Assembly (NCBI GenBank): GCA_009602725.1
Contig: WELB01000020.1
Coordinates: forward strand, 371,116-435,115
From: Spirogloea muscicola
Taxonomy: Eukaryota
Length of the DNA stretch: 64,000 nt
Direction of reading: 5' to 3'
Shown here piece by piece: positions 52,801 through 64,000 of the stretch (positions are counted from its first letter, which is position 1; every line of letters starts with the position of its first letter). Both the position numbers and the translations under genes were made by a program. The notes under the pieces are model-generated. The model ran no database searches and was not told where the DNA came from. It saw nothing but the letters and a program-made list of their open reading frames with translations.

Positions 52801-55800
52801 AGAAGCGTGGGCAACACTGCCCAATACTCATGGACCTTGCTGGGCCAAAGCTTCGAACTGGCCCACTCAAGGTTAGTGACAATGACTACAACCATGCTGG
52901 CCATAGAGGGACATATGCTCCTCTATATGCAAGTATGCAATCATGCAATAAGGGGTCAAGCCCTCACCTTGCTCCTAGTCTTACTTGATGTGGTATGATC
53001 CTGTTTTGTCAGACAGGCGTTGACATGAAGAAGTTCTGCAGACAAGCATTGCTTGGATTGTCACATGCCTGTAACTGTCATAATCGAAGAGGCACTCAGT
53101 GTGCACTATTTGATAAGTCTACTGCCAACACAGATGGACCTGATAAGGTCTTGACTTGTGCTATTCACTTGCAGCCTGGTCCACAAGTCAAGAAAGTAAA
53201 GCCTGCCATAGATGCACTGGGCAACGTCATTGGACCAGCGCGCATCTGGTTAGCAAGAGCCGGTGTAGATCCGCCAGCTACAGTCGAGATAGATGCTGTC
53301 CTACCTGTGGAGGCCGAGGATGAGTGGCTCAGGAGTCTGCATGAGGGCGATGCACTAGCCTTCATGGATGCTCGTGGCAAGGTAATTTGATCCCGCACAC
53401 TATGATAGTTGACCTTAAGGCACAGTGCAGGCAGAGCAAGTCTAGTCAAGCAGGCTCGGCAACCTCTCTCTGAGTGGATTGCCAGTCCACTTGTTTTCAC
53501 CCTGCAGAAGCGCACTTTGAGAATCACGGAGATAGTAGACGTGGATGGGCATCTTGGTCTTTGCGTGGAGAGTGAGAAGAGATTTTATATGTTGGTGAGC
53601 AAGCTGGCAACCATAACATGAGGCAAGAGCCACAGATCATGAGCTGTTGCATGAACTTCAGCAGACGTGCAGATTACAGCAGTGTGTAGTTCAAAAATTT
53701 GAACTACACACTGCACATAGTGAGACCAGAAGCTCAACCCTTCCAATCACTTACTATACAGAGTGGAACAGAGCTGAGGCTTGTTGGTGCGGGTGACAAT
53801 GGATCAAGCAAGGACATTTTGGGCAGGACGACCTATGTGGGAGCCTTGCCTGCGATGGAGAGGTCAATTATCCTTAAGAAAGGCGACATATTGGTTTTGA
53901 CCAGGGAGGCAAGCCCTGGAGAGCCAGCAGAGTACAGCAAGACTGGAAAATTAGTCAAACCTGCTCATGTATCTTGTGAAATACCTACGGTCTTTGAGAA
54001 TGTCAAGGTACTAAGCTTGGCCCTCATCTGGTATGCTGCATCAGAAGTTGCACTGCTATTGTGTGCTTTTCAGCCTCCATGTCTGCTACTTTGTCAAACC
54101 CATAGAGTATTCTTGAGATTGGACTAGAGGTTTGTGCACAATTTCTGAGTTATGCAAGTTGCTCTCTCAGAGTGGTGAGCCAATAAAGCTCGATGATGGA
54201 AAGATTGAAGGGGTGATCAAGGATGTAAATAAGGATGAAATACGAATGAAAGTTACTCGAGCAGCTGATAAAGGAAGCAAGCTCAAGAGTCAAAAGGTCA
54301 TGGTTCACATCTTACGTAGCCTCTTGCATGATTATCTATGACATAGTAGCTGCAATGTTGCTCAATTGCTGAGATGAGCTTAGATATGTGTTTCTCACAG
54401 AGGCTAGGATCTCCACTGCATTGCACTAATATAATTGGAATTGCTGTTGATCTGCCAGGCTATCAATCTGCCTGACAGCACACTAGACCTACAGGGGCTG
54501 ACCAAGCAGGATATCATGGATCTTGACTTCATAGCTGCCAATGCCGATATGGTTGCATTCTCCTTTGTAAGCACCACAGAAATGCTGTGCTCCTTCATTC
54601 GTAGACTAGTGGTGATCTAATCTCTTACAAGCTCAGAATATCACTTTGTGCAAGGAAACGGCAAGCTCTTACGAAGCTCACTACCTTCTGCAGGTCAACG
54701 ATGCCAGCGATGTTGCTAAGCTTCAAGAGGAGCTGAAGCTGCGAGGAGCTTGTAATCTAGGGATTGTGCTGAAGATAGAGACCAAACATGGCTTTGAAAA
54801 TCTTCCTTACATGCTTCTTCAGGTGCAGCCCATGTGCCCTGCTGAAGACCTCCTGCAGCTTGGCCTTTACTTCGTTTTGGCTAATCTCTTGGAGCAATTC
54901 AAGGTGTTTCAGCCTGGTTATCTGACAACATACGTCACAGCAGATGCTCTACTTCGATGTGCTTAATGTGCAACCACTTCCGATCAGCAGGGCATGAAGA
55001 CTGGCAACCCCTTGGGAGTCATGATTGCCAGGGGTGACTTGGCCGTGGAGCTCGGATGGGAGCGTTTAGCTGGTAATCAAGTGCTTCCGGCAAACAAGTC
55101 CAGAATGACGGAGTGAACCAACAATTTGTAATTGTTGGCATCACACAGCACAGGACGCCCTTGCCAAGTGTATCACCTTCCTGTATGTGTGCCGCGGTGC
55201 TACTGTGCAGAGGTTCAGGAACAGATACTGTGGTTGTGTGAAGCTGCGCACGTTCCTGTGATATGGGCAACGCAGGTATGTCACGCATGCATTGTCTGGC
55301 CTCTTGCACGTGTGTCATGCCATGTTCCCACAGAATTTCTAATTCGTTTACAGGCAATGGTTGTTCTGTGCAAGCAGCAATGTTGGATTGGTTACATGAA
55401 GGTGGAATGTTGCAAGGATATCTTCCATGGTGCATGATGGTGTTGGTCTCATGTCAGGTACTTGAGAGCCTAGCAAAGGCAGGACTACCTTCAAGAGCTG
55501 AGATTACAGATGCAGCTATGGGGGAGAGGTCAGGCCCATTCTCACTGCTGTGCTCACTCGCAACAGCATGCAGACATGCCCATAATAAGTACTGTTGAAA
55601 GTGGTGCAATCCCTCTTGCCTAAAAGCAACCAGCATGAGCAGCATGGAAGAGCATGTCATACACCAGATCCTGCCTCACAGGTCCATCTGCTGCGCATGC
55701 AGGGCCGAGTGTGTGATGCTGAACAAGGGCCCCCACATTGTGAGGGCAGTTAGCATCTTGGCCGACATCTTGGTGCGCATGAGCAGCCACCAGTCCAAGA

Positions 55801-55868
55801 AGCAGTCCATGCTCCGATCGCTCCACGTATCGCAATGCTTTGAAGAAGGGGCAACACCGCCAGCCTGA
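49895..55868 (+). CDS. PKP4: Pyruvate kinase of the PKP4 / PRK08187-like type with an N-terminal extension and putative plastid transit peptide; ~17 exons
   Basis: [106 protein letters not shown] and AECVMLNKG. Stop at 55866-55868. Confidence 0.88.
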
Positions 55869-57169
55869 CCTCCAGCTTGGCTCGCAACCAGCGGTCAAAC
55901 AGCGCGACCAGCCCGCCCCTTTTGGCCGCCAGTAAACAGAGTCATAGTGTGATGCCGAATACTTGTACCACAGAGCCGCTGTAAGTGGCACTAGTCTCGG
56001 GCCAGCTCTACAGTAATTTCAATTATCATTGACCTACCTCTGCATGTGCTCTAGATGGGCGCTCAGAGGCCACCTATGTTGATTTATACCTGCGCGATAC
56101 TGTACCGCCAGGGGGAATGCAACCTGGTGCATTAGAGGCACAACCAGCCCGTCGCGTGTACCTTGCTCCTGAGGCTTGTCAGGGGTTAGATACCTCTGAC
56201 AGCCTTGTAAGGCCACACTAGTGACTGAAGAGATTCATACATCACCTAAAGAAGGTGATGTATGACATTCTGGCCTAAAAGGCATCTGTCTGAATGAGAA
56301 GGTTGGTCAATACTGGTCTGACATGACAGATGAACAAGGACGGTTGCTTGTTGGTTGTCAAACCACATTATCACTGATGATGTCTCATAGTATGTCATGT
56401 GACAAACACGCAAGCATGCTTATCCTTGATGTCCTTGCATAATACAAGAGTGGCGCACGCTTCTGTGGCCTGACTGTCTCAGGACAGACTCGACCAGTTG
56501 CAGTACAAGTATCAAACCCTTTGGCTATGGAATGAAGTTTTTACCACAACAATGTACTGCACAGCAGTCAAAGCAGTTGCGTCAAGTAGCTCGCTTTGCC
56601 TTCAAGTGAATTCTCATGTAAAGCAGCTGCAGCCTGCTGCAATGCACAACCAAGTTAGTGATTGACGCGAAGAACCCAGCTGCAGCTGGAATGCAACCAG
56701 CCCACAGAGGCTTTCGGTTCTTCATGCCTAGCAAGTTTGGCACGCAAGCAATGTGCTGAGAGCTTCCGAGTCTGGCGCAGTCCCCCGATAATCAAAGCAG
56801 CACCTGGCAGCTCACGGCACCCTGGGCTCACAGCAATGCATCTCAAGGGCGACCGCAGAGGCAGTCCCTGTCCGTGGCTTGCAAGCCACAAAAATGGGGT
56901 CTTCGGTGCTATTCACGCGAGTGCCAAAAAGGTTTTGGGAGCAGTAGAGGGCCCAAGATAGGCCTGCGCCTGCGCACTCTAGTCGGCCTGTTAGACTCAG
57001 TTCCTGCAGCGGAACAGGTCCCATGCAGCCATCAATCCGTCACTTCTTCTTCCTAGCGAGACTGACCTCGCGTTGCCTGACACGCAAGACGCAATAAAAC
57101 TGTCTCCGGAGCACCCTCCTCTTGAGGTTGCCCTGCCTGGCTGCACGATCGTGCGCAGCGCTTGTCATC

Positions 57170-60100
57170 CTAGCAGTGGCCCTTCTGGCCAGGAGCCAGC
57201 GGCGCACGCGGCGGCGAGGGCGGTCGGCCTGCGCGCTTGGCGCGGCACCCGTGCTTGGGGTGCTTCGCGTGAGATGGGTTGTGCTTCAGCTGGTAAGGCA
57301 GCGTCAGCACCACGGGCCGGCGCTGGATGCAGATGCCCTGCGGCGACGCCGCGCTGCTTGCCTGTGGCAGCGGTATCTGGTACACAAGGCCCTCGCTACC
57401 GGGCTTGCGGTAGTTCACGGTTGCCAGATTGATGATCTTGCATATGGAAGAAACAATGTCAGCTGCAAAGCCATCCTAATCAGCTGAACAAGAAACAATG
57501 TCAGCTGCAAAGCCATTCTAATCAGCTGAACAAGACAATGATAGTGGCCTGCCGGGTCCTCTATGCAGCGGTGTGCCTCTTCCGAGCATCTCGAGAAAGC
57601 CAAGTGCTTGTCGCTTTAATACGAGCATTGATTCTCCGTCAGCGCATCTAACACTGTCGCACCTGGATGAAGGAGGCGGTGCCGGTCGTGATGGGCGCAT
57701 ATGCCTTGCTGTTGGAGGAGAACACCGCCAGCCTGCCCACGCCATTAGCATCACTGCATGTGTGGAGGGGCATTAGGAAACATTGCTGTCAGTTGTGCTC
57801 GCTGCCACTTCCTGTTTCAGCAATATTTGCTGCCAATCCTGTTTCAGCGGACTTCCTGCTTTTATTTCCAAGCATCGAGCTCCATGGGGACTCCTTACGA
57901 CGAGCATGGAGGCAGCAAGCAGTGGCTGGAAAGGCGTAAAGAATCTCAAACAAAATCTCGCAAGCAATTGAGGACCTTCTGGCACCTCGCAAAGGGTCAA
58001 TACCAGCGGCAGACCACACCTGCAGGTAACTTTGTCGCATGGCAGCTTGAGGGTGCTGGAGGGGGTGCCAACGCGGCCACTTTTCACAACGTAGGGGATA
58101 AAGACAACGCCGGCGGCTGTGCGCACAAGAATGTTGGAGCGTGCAAGGTCGAGGTCGATGGACACAAGCCCCGTGGGACTGGGGCTCTCGACGGTGACCG
58201 TGGAGATGGCCGCCAGTGTCGTAAGCTTGAAGCTCGTCACAGACGCTTTATTGGACGCAATGGTCATCACAAGAGTATCGGTGCAGGTCACCTGCTTGGC
58301 TGGCAGGGCAGTCTGCAGATGCCAATGAAAACGGTTCTTTGAGCATCAGCACTGAGCATCAGCACTGTGCAAGTGACTGACTGTTTGACATATACCTTGA
58401 AGGTGTTGTATCGGCTGCTGATTCTCCGCCATAGATCATTCATCTCATGCCAATCACAGGTTGAGTATTGTGGAAATACACACTATATCACTCAAGACTT
58501 CTGATGAGCAGTCGACAATCATCAAATTAAGCATGTCTTCAAATCCTATTGCTCCATCGCGTATCTTGTTATAGAGTTGATCTCACAATGCTCCTATAGA
58601 GCAGACCTGATCCTTGTAAAGCAAAGCTTACACCAGTTGCAAGCTTGACAGCATGGTGGCAGGCGGATTGCTGACATGTACCTTGACAGCGCCCACTTGC
58701 ACAAACTTTTGCACCTTCGTCGAGTTGTCGAAGGCGAACGACACCAAAGTAGCTGTGCAAAAGCATGCCAGAATATCAGCTGTGTCCAATTTTGACAAAG
58801 CAGTCATCTGCCCGAGACAGGCTTTACCAAGTGCTCTTATTTTGAGCTAATTGTCAGTTGGCTCAGGCTTCTCGTAGAATGAACGGCCTTCTTAGTCGCG
58901 GAGGGAATAAACACACACATGAAGACGCATCGATGGCGATCATCCGTGTATCGGTGCAAAATTCCACCGACTTGCAGCTGAAGCCCCTGACACCGGTAAT
59001 CTTGCTGGCCAAGAGAGTCTGAAGAATGCCTCCAGCTGCAAGTGCAAGCCAAGGCTATTGTCAGCCTTGGTTTAGGTTTTTGTCATGCCTTGACCACGCT
59101 GATCCTGATGGCGAGGCAGACGCCTCCTACTGCTCCATACAAATTGTTACTGACTTTCAAGCCAATGCAGAGGCGCCCTGCTAGCTCTGGCAAGCCACAA
59201 CTGAATGATCTATTCGCTATGTGGAGACTGAAGGCATAAGTAGCTTACTTGTTGTGTCGATGACAACAATGTCGGCAGCAGTCTGCCCACAGGCGGCAAG
59301 GTACCGCCCTGTGGGGCTGAGGCTGATGTCCTGTGGCCCGAACGGCAGGGAGAGGGTCCCCTTGACGACAGGCCCGCCTGCGTTAGCGACGTTGATGAGA
59401 GCAATCTTCTTCTGGCTCGGCTGCGACACGTAGCCCGTGGTGCCAGCCAGATTGATCTGGCACTGCAAGGTTACCAAGCACCGCCGAGAGCACCATCAGC
59501 AAGAAGACTAGCACAGAAGACTAGCTGCTTCGACCCACTGCTGACTACAAGGCATGCAGTATACAACAAGCCTAAATGTGCAGCACGAAGATGACGTGTC
59601 AGGTGAGGGCATGCACGCAAAGCGGTGCTGCTAGCGCCTGCCAACCTGTCCGTAAGCTACACCAAGTGTAAGCGGCCGGCTACTGCCGGAGCCCACTAGT
59701 GTGTCCGTGACTTCATCAAACTGCCACACTCGCCCGTTGGGTGCCGACAGCAGCAGGCCGGGAGCTGCAAGTATGGCATGCACAGAGCCAGGATGACAAA
59801 CTCGCCGTCACGAGCCGAATGGCCGCTGCAGCGGCAGTGCATGCAACCGGGGGACCAGTATGGGCACGGATACATTGCAGAAAAGGTTGAGTACTATGCG
59901 CATCTTCTCAGCTGATAAGCTTGTGGCGGCATGAGGGGGGTTGGGATGACACAGAAGAGCTGCTGATGTTCAGGGGCGGTTGTAAAAGCCAGCCGAGCAC
60001 AACGAGAGGAAGCCATTGGCCACATGAGCGGAGCTGCAGACTGGGCAACTCAGGGCCCTCACAGTTTCCCGTGTCGGCAGAGAGGACATTGATTGAGCTG

Positions 60101-60249
60101 AGGCAAGAGGATGGGATCCCACTGGGAAGGGGGGCTCATCGTGGTACTCAACCTGGTGGAGGTGGTGGAGGGGGTGACGAGGCAGCACAGGCAGTGCCGA
60201 CCGTCGTCAGGACCAGCGCCAGGACCAGGGAGCTCCGAGTGGCAGCCAT
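57170..60249 (-). CDS. Second secreted beta-propeller-like (YncE/YVTN-like) protein, multi-exon
   Basis: Signal peptide MAATRSSLVLALVLTTVGTACAA followed by a Pro run. GT-AG-bounded exons read APNGRVWQFDEVTDTLV, GTTGYVSQPSQKKIALINVAN...PFGPQDISLSPTGRYLAACG..IVVIDT, CKSVEFCTDTRMIAID, VGRLAVFSSNSKAYAP and SPQGICIQ...GHC*. Confidence 0.6.
57449..57540 (+). repeat. ~42-bp tandem duplication within an intron
   Basis: aagaaacaatgtcagctgcaaagccat(c/t)ctaatcagctgaac occurs twice, followed by a partial third copy. Confidence 0.85.
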
Positions 60250-61089
60250 GCTTCCGCGCTCACTGCGAGGCACGGAGCGCCTGGTCAGCAGGATGGCAAC
60301 GTGCTCTGAGGCTTCAGCAGGCAGCCAAGCATCGAGGAGCAGCCGGGCTGCCATTGTCAAGGGTGAGTCTCGTAAAGGGCTGAGGCCTCGAGCCAAAGCA
60401 ACGAGCTCGGCAGGAGAACCAGCACCACCGTGGCAGAGCTTGCTGAGATTGCTGCACCCACATTGCCACTGGGCTGGTCTCGACGGCAGGCCACGAGGAG
60501 GAGGAGTGGACTGTAGGATGCCTCGCAAGGTGGGCAGCGACCCACCTGATCGCGAGAGCTCCGAGCGGCGCCGCCTGGGAGCTGCTGCCGGCTGCTCGGT
60601 GGAGCTCGCCGTGGGCTGGCAGCTCGGGGCTGCGGCGGCGAGCCTGCGGCGCGAGGGCAGGCGGGCTCGGCGTCCGGATCCCGTCTTGGGGCTGCGGGCG
60701 GCGGAGGAGTCAGTCCTGCAGGGGGCCGCTGGGGGAGCAACGGTGGGAGCGAGGGGAAGATGGAGTAACGGCTGGGTGAGGAATGTGGAGAGAAGTGGGG
60801 TGGAGAGGGAGGCAGGGGAGGGAGGGGGAGAAGAGAGAGGGGGGGGGAGGGAGGGGCTGGCCACGCCGGGGCGACACCCCCCCCCCAACGGGCCGCTGAC
60901 GGTCAACGCCGCGGGAAAGGCGGGGGCGCCCGCCACGCGGCGCATCCAACGGACTTACCTGCCGCCGGCGCCGCGCCGCCACCTCGCGCCTCGGCAAAAC
61001 CCGCTTCTTCGATCCTTGCCACCGGCGCCATGCCGACGCCGACTTGGCAGGGCTGGCGGAGTCGACGGAGTCGGTAGTCACGCGGGAGG

Positions 61090-62470
61090 GCGGAGAAACG
61101 TCGTCATGGACACTCTACATCTTGTACATTCGTTTGGGCTGGCCTTCTCGTCTTCATTGGGCTGGCTTTGCCAGCCCCTCTTCTCTATGGGCGAGCACTT
61201 CCTTTCACAGCCACTGCCTTCGAGTGGGAGAGCTGTTGTGCGAGAGGCCAGCCCAAAGAAATGCACAAGGTCCAAAGGGCCAGAGTCCCTAAAAGACCAC
61301 AACAGATTTGCAGGAGTCATGGAGAGTAGGTTCGTACTTCTTGCGCCTTCTGGCCCTTTCAGACCTGTACGTTCTTTTTTCTGGGCTGGTCAATTACAGC
61401 CATCGCCCTCTACTGGACGAGTCTTCCTTCAGAGCTTGTACAGTCCTTTAGCCTCTTCAGGCCCCGCAGTCGCTGCTTAGCTCGTAATTTTGGCCCCCTT
61501 CGAACCTTGTCAATTCTTTTCGGGCTGGCTTCTCACAGCCCTTGCCCCCGTTGGGAGAGCCACTTCTTCTCCTTTGGGCTGTCCTCTCATACCCTAGCCA
61601 TTGCATTCCATTGGACGAGCTGTTTCGTACCTTTCCGAGGTCTTCTTCGTCGAGGAAGGAGAAGCTCGTCCAATATTAGGGGACCCGTCACCCGAACACT
61701 GAGTTCTCCTGACCTCCGGCTGCTCAACAGGGGCTATTGAGCACCCAGCAGCCACTTGTGTCGCTGTGAGCTTTTACGCTTTTCTGGCCCCTTCGAACTT
61801 TGTTCATTCTATTTTCTGGGCTGGTCAATCACAGCCATCGCCCTCTACTGGAAGAGTCGTTCCTCAATGTAAGGCAATGGCTTTGAGAGGCCAGCTCCAA
61901 GTATTGTACAAGGTCTGAAAGAAAGACTCTTCCAGTAGAGGGCGATGGCTGTACTTGGCCAGCCCCAATAGAAGACTGAGCAATGGGCCGGAAGGCGCAA
62001 GAAAAGCACGACACTACTCTCCATGACTCCTGCGAGTGGGCGCTCTATAATCTATGGTCACAAAGTGTAGGGGGACTGCATTCCTGCGGCTGTTCTTTCT
62101 GACTTGCGGTTGCTAGGTAGAGGCTACAAAGTGATTTCTACATGGGACTTGCTTAGTTGTGTATCTCAAAATTTCTCTTTGGACCTTGTTGATTAACTTC
62201 GGGCTAGCTTTTCACCGCCCTCGCCCCTTTAGATGAGCTGCTTTCAAAGTGCAACTGGCACATGACTTCTGTGGCTGTACCGCGCTTCCCCCCTTCGGAC
62301 CTTGCACCACCTTGGGACAATGTTAACTTTTACAGCCATCGCCGTACTTTTCATGTGCTTTTAACACCAGAACAGAAAGCCATCGCCCTCTACTGGAAAA
62401 GTCTTTATTCTTTCTTTTTGTGAGCTGGCTTTCCACGGCCCTCGCGCCCTTCGGAAGAGCTGCTCTCAGA
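61090..62470. mobile_element. Second cluster of the retroelement's 3' tails, both orientations
   Basis: Repeated gggctggc(t/c)t(t/c)tcacagccc-type motifs (e.g. 61522) and cagccatcgccctctactgg (~61397, ~61830, reverse ~61935, ~62378). ORF end SSPDLRLLNRGY* at 61738-61740. Confidence 0.75.
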
Positions 62471-63652
62471 GTTGATCTCTGTGCTCTGTGTTCTTCGTTT
62501 CAAACGCAACCAGTACATAAGTGTTGTGCTTGTAAGTGCAACAAGGCCTGGCAGATCCGCTGCCTTACTCCACCTTTTTCTGCTCCCGAACAAGGCTGGT
62601 TTCGTGTGAGCTGCTCCGAAATTGCATGCAACTTCTTGTCCCCTGGTAGGACCTGCCGCCAGGTGGAGGCGGAGAGCTTAGGTACGTAGAAGTCCCAAGA
62701 ATCTGTGACATGTTACTTTGTGCCATACCATCACTTGTCTACCATCGTGATGCTGTCACCATTAGCATGAACTTCGTCGACCTCTTCAGTCAGTCTGGCC
62801 CCCATATTAGAGCTGTAGTGTTTCCCTCTTGGTGTGCTCGACTTGAGGTCTCTACATGTCGGCAGTTCCCTTTTAATCGGCTTTTAACGGGCGGCTGGCT
62901 ATCTGCTCCATCCATGACGGGCCAAGCAAGGCCCTTCTTCCAGAATTGGGAGGTATGTGCAAGTATGTGCAAGTATTTGCCCTCCATACGTGCAGCTTGA
63001 GCTGATATGTTTATGGCGTAGTGCTTACAGTTCGGTGCATTGAGGTGAACATGCTATGGGCAAGGCTGTCAGACGCCAACAAACTGACGGTAATACAAAA
63101 GCTTAGGACAGTAGTAGAAAAGCATACTGCTCCACTCTCCTTGCCAACCAGGAGACAAGGCCCAGGCTTGACTTTGTGCAATGCGAGACATGGGTCTCAA
63201 TCAATCATGGCATTGCAACTACCATGGGCTAAGGATGACACTACTCAAACGGTGCAATCCACACCACTATTCAAATGGTGCAATCCACACCAGATGCAGT
63301 CAGAGTCAGATTGAACATTCCTCACATCGAGCCAGGATACCCTTTGACCCTGTTTATTTACATAAAAGAAGTACATGATCCAGTGCTGAGTTTACAGGAG
63401 CAAATTCAGTCATGCTCCTTGTGAGCAGACTTGACAGAGCAGATTCGCTCATTCAAACCTTGCATGCATGACACATGGGAGAAGTTGCAAATCCTTGTCT
63501 AAAGGCGTCAACTCTTCCTCCAATTACTATTGCTGGAACATGTTTGTGCTAGTCAAGCTGAGCTTCTATTTTTCATGACCTCACACAGTAGTCTGAGTGT
63601 TAACATATTGATGAGACTTTGTCAAAAATGAGGAGGCCACATGCGGTCTCCT

Positions 63653-63945
63653 TCACAGCTCCTTGTCCTCAGCCTCCCTGCTGGCATCTCCAACTGACGT
63701 CGTGGAAGCAGGAATCAGAAACAGGAAGAAGATGGGGAGCAAGGTGCAAGCTGCCTGGATGGCTACTCCCACTGTCATATGTTCAAAATGGTTGCCATCA
63801 ATATTGAGATAAGACGCCAGGCAAGCTCCAAGGTAACCGCTGGCGTTGCCTCCCAAATTGCTAGCTGACATGAAGACTGCAAAGAGGGTCCCCTCAATGC
63901 CAGGGGGGCAGAGCTGGGCAGAGAGGACCAAGAAAGGCATAAATC
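63653..63945 (-). CDS. Folate-biopterin transporter (BT1 family, MFS), last exon; the gene continues beyond the window
   Basis: FMPFLVLSAQLCPPGIEGTLFAVFMSASNLG...LLPIFFLFLIP is typical of the BT1 family C-terminus. Confidence 0.85.
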
Positions 63946-64000
63946 TGCAAAATAGAGGGTTTTGAGGCAGCAAAGATGTTTGTATCAGGCGGAAAACCTT

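Noticed and set aside
59921..61480. 519-aa plus-strand ORF
   Set aside because: No recognisable motif. It lies antisense to a signal-peptide exon and runs through a GC-rich promoter and repeat tails, so it is likely a GC-driven spurious ORF.

Overview
This is eukaryotic, intron-rich, GC-rich nuclear DNA, most likely from a streptophyte green alga or other green plant. That is inferred from a plant RR-TZF gene, a PKP4-type pyruvate kinase, transit-peptide-like N-termini and TTTAGGG-like repeats. It contains four N-gaps. Spliced genes in order: CPSF73-II/INTS11 (+), CAF1 deadenylase (-), a TFIIB-type zinc-ribbon fragment before a gap, USP39/Sad1 (+), Vps34 PI3K (+), a soluble PAS-containing hybrid histidine kinase (-), a secreted probably GPI-anchored beta-propeller-like protein (+), two tandem YhfW-like FAD oxidoreductase-Rieske fusion genes (+), a CCCH tandem zinc-finger gene (+), a PKP4/PRK08187-type pyruvate kinase (+), a second secreted beta-propeller-like protein (-) and the last exon of a folate-biopterin transporter (-). 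The most unusual signal is a family of restriction-like-endonuclease (CRE/R2-type) non-LTR retroelement 3' fragments. They share the C-terminus S/P-D-L-R/H-L-L-T/S/N-R-G-Y-stop and a GGGCTG...CAGCCC tail stem-loop, and they lie in nested, often tail-to-tail clusters at 21.7-29.3, 39.4-39.6 and 61.1-62.5 kb. One cluster holds a ~1.6 kb foldback inserted into another copy's tail with an apparent AAAAAG target-site duplication. Exon boundaries were read by eye and are approximate.
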